A stretch of DNA of 64,000 bases from Corallochytrium limacisporum Hawaii. Lineage: Eukaryota > Protista > Pluriformea. Of this stretch, positions 63,205 through 64,000 are shown one piece after another (the first letter of the stretch is position 1; each line of letters opens with the position of its first letter). The notes under the pieces were generated by a model. The model did no database searches and was not told the origin of the DNA. It was given only the letters and a program-made list of their open reading frames with translations. The stretch is from the NCBI GenBank assembly GCA_002811645.1, contig PDIP01000021.1:62001-126000 (forward strand). The letters are read 5' to 3'. Position numbers and translations under genes: made by a program.

Positions 63205-63834
63205 TCATAAGCTAATCATTCGCTCCCACCAGAGGGTTCCTAGGGCCGGGCACTCGGTGGTAATGCAGCCCCAGAGGGCATCAAGGCACTGCTGCGTACT
63301 CTTCTCAGTGACATCGCGGGTGCTTGTTGCCGCTGACAACCTCACGAAAGGTCCCTCTCCGCTCCTATCCAAATCCTCGAACGATGCTAACTGCACTTCC
63401 AACATGTCCGCCGACATGTAATGCTCCTTGCGGGCCATGAGCCGCTCCTTCAGTGTCGCCAGTCCGTTCCGGAAGTCCAGCCAAACAAAGACCACCTTTG
63501 AATCATCGTTTCCCCCGGGACGTCGCAATTGGTCCCTGTACTTCCTTTTCAGTGCAGAACAGGTGATCACCACTTCACGCTTACGTTCCACGTACAGACG
63601 CACGTCATTCTCCATCTCATCAAGCCAGGGCTGGCGGTCAGCGTCATTGAGTGGTTTTCCCGCTGCCATTTTGGCTACGTTGCCAGCACTGTGTCGTCGA
63701 TCTGCCTCAAGAAAGTCGCACTCCAGGCGCTCTGCTAACATTCTTCCTAGTGTGGTCTTACCGGAACCACAGACACCGATCACAATCCACACAAACGGCG
63801 GCCGTTCTAACTTACCCTCCAGGGTGGCGTCCAT
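63205..63834 (-). CDS. Gluconokinase (GntK/IDNK family)
   Basis: GVCGSGKTT, FLEADRRH, KMAAGKPLNDADRQPWL, TCSALKRKYRDQLR, HYMSADMLEVQLASFE. Confidence 0.92.
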   Translation of the reverse strand: MDATLEGKLERPPFVWIVIGVCGSGKTTLGRMLAERLECDFLEADRRHSAGNVAKMAAGKPLNDADRQPWLDEMENDVRLYVERKREVVITCSALKRKYRDQLRRPGGNDDSKVVFVWLDFRNGLATLKERLMARKEHYMSADMLEVQLASFEDLDRSGEGPFVRLSAATSTRDVTEKSTQQCLDALWGCITTECPALGTLWWERMISL

Positions 63835-64000
63835 CCTGTAGGTTACATGTTTTCAGTGCTGTAACGATCGCCAAGTAAGGTGTGGTGGGCGACAATTCCT
63901 GCAGCCTAGTTTGCTGTTCTTTGTCCCAGGTAGCTTTATGCAAGAGAAACTATAAACATGGACCTATGCCAGTCTGGGCCACAGAAAATAGACAACAGAG

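Noticed and set aside
136-63878. Many short antisense, overlapping or gap-spanning ORFs in the track, including Pro/Gly-rich ORFs over the GC islands
   Set aside because: Shadows of real genes or by-products of GC-rich, stop-poor sequence; no recognisable domains

Overview
This is a very gene-dense, almost intron-free eukaryotic nuclear segment. It holds about 36 protein-coding genes in 64 kb and two assembly gaps. Gene content (ERM/merlin-like FERM protein, Spire-like KIND-WH2 protein, cortactin-like protein, CDK5RAP3, SAS-4, TBCCD1) points to a unicellular holozoan. A Corallochytrium-like organism is my inference and is not proven. Reading beyond the ORF track shows: (1) two hidden spliceosomal introns, both near gene 3' ends, with strict GTAAGT donors and TACTAAC branch points (RCL1; SAS-4, whose branch point is about 170 nt from the acceptor); (2) an unlisted TOM5-like microprotein gene; (3) an orphan, ATG-less CS/HSP20-like terminal exon; (4) a stereotyped upstream architecture. 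In that architecture, nearly every 5' intergenic region has a GC-rich island with poly-G/poly-C tracts and long stems of unrelated sequence, convergent 3' gaps mostly lack islands, a GGGGCCTATTT motif recurs, E2F sites are present, and a YAG|A lies 4-21 nt before most start codons (initiator element or trans-splice acceptor). Notable proteins include a RING-TRAF-LysM-UBA-FYVE fusion and several bacterial-like enzymes. No rRNA, tRNA, CRISPR array or transposase was recognised.
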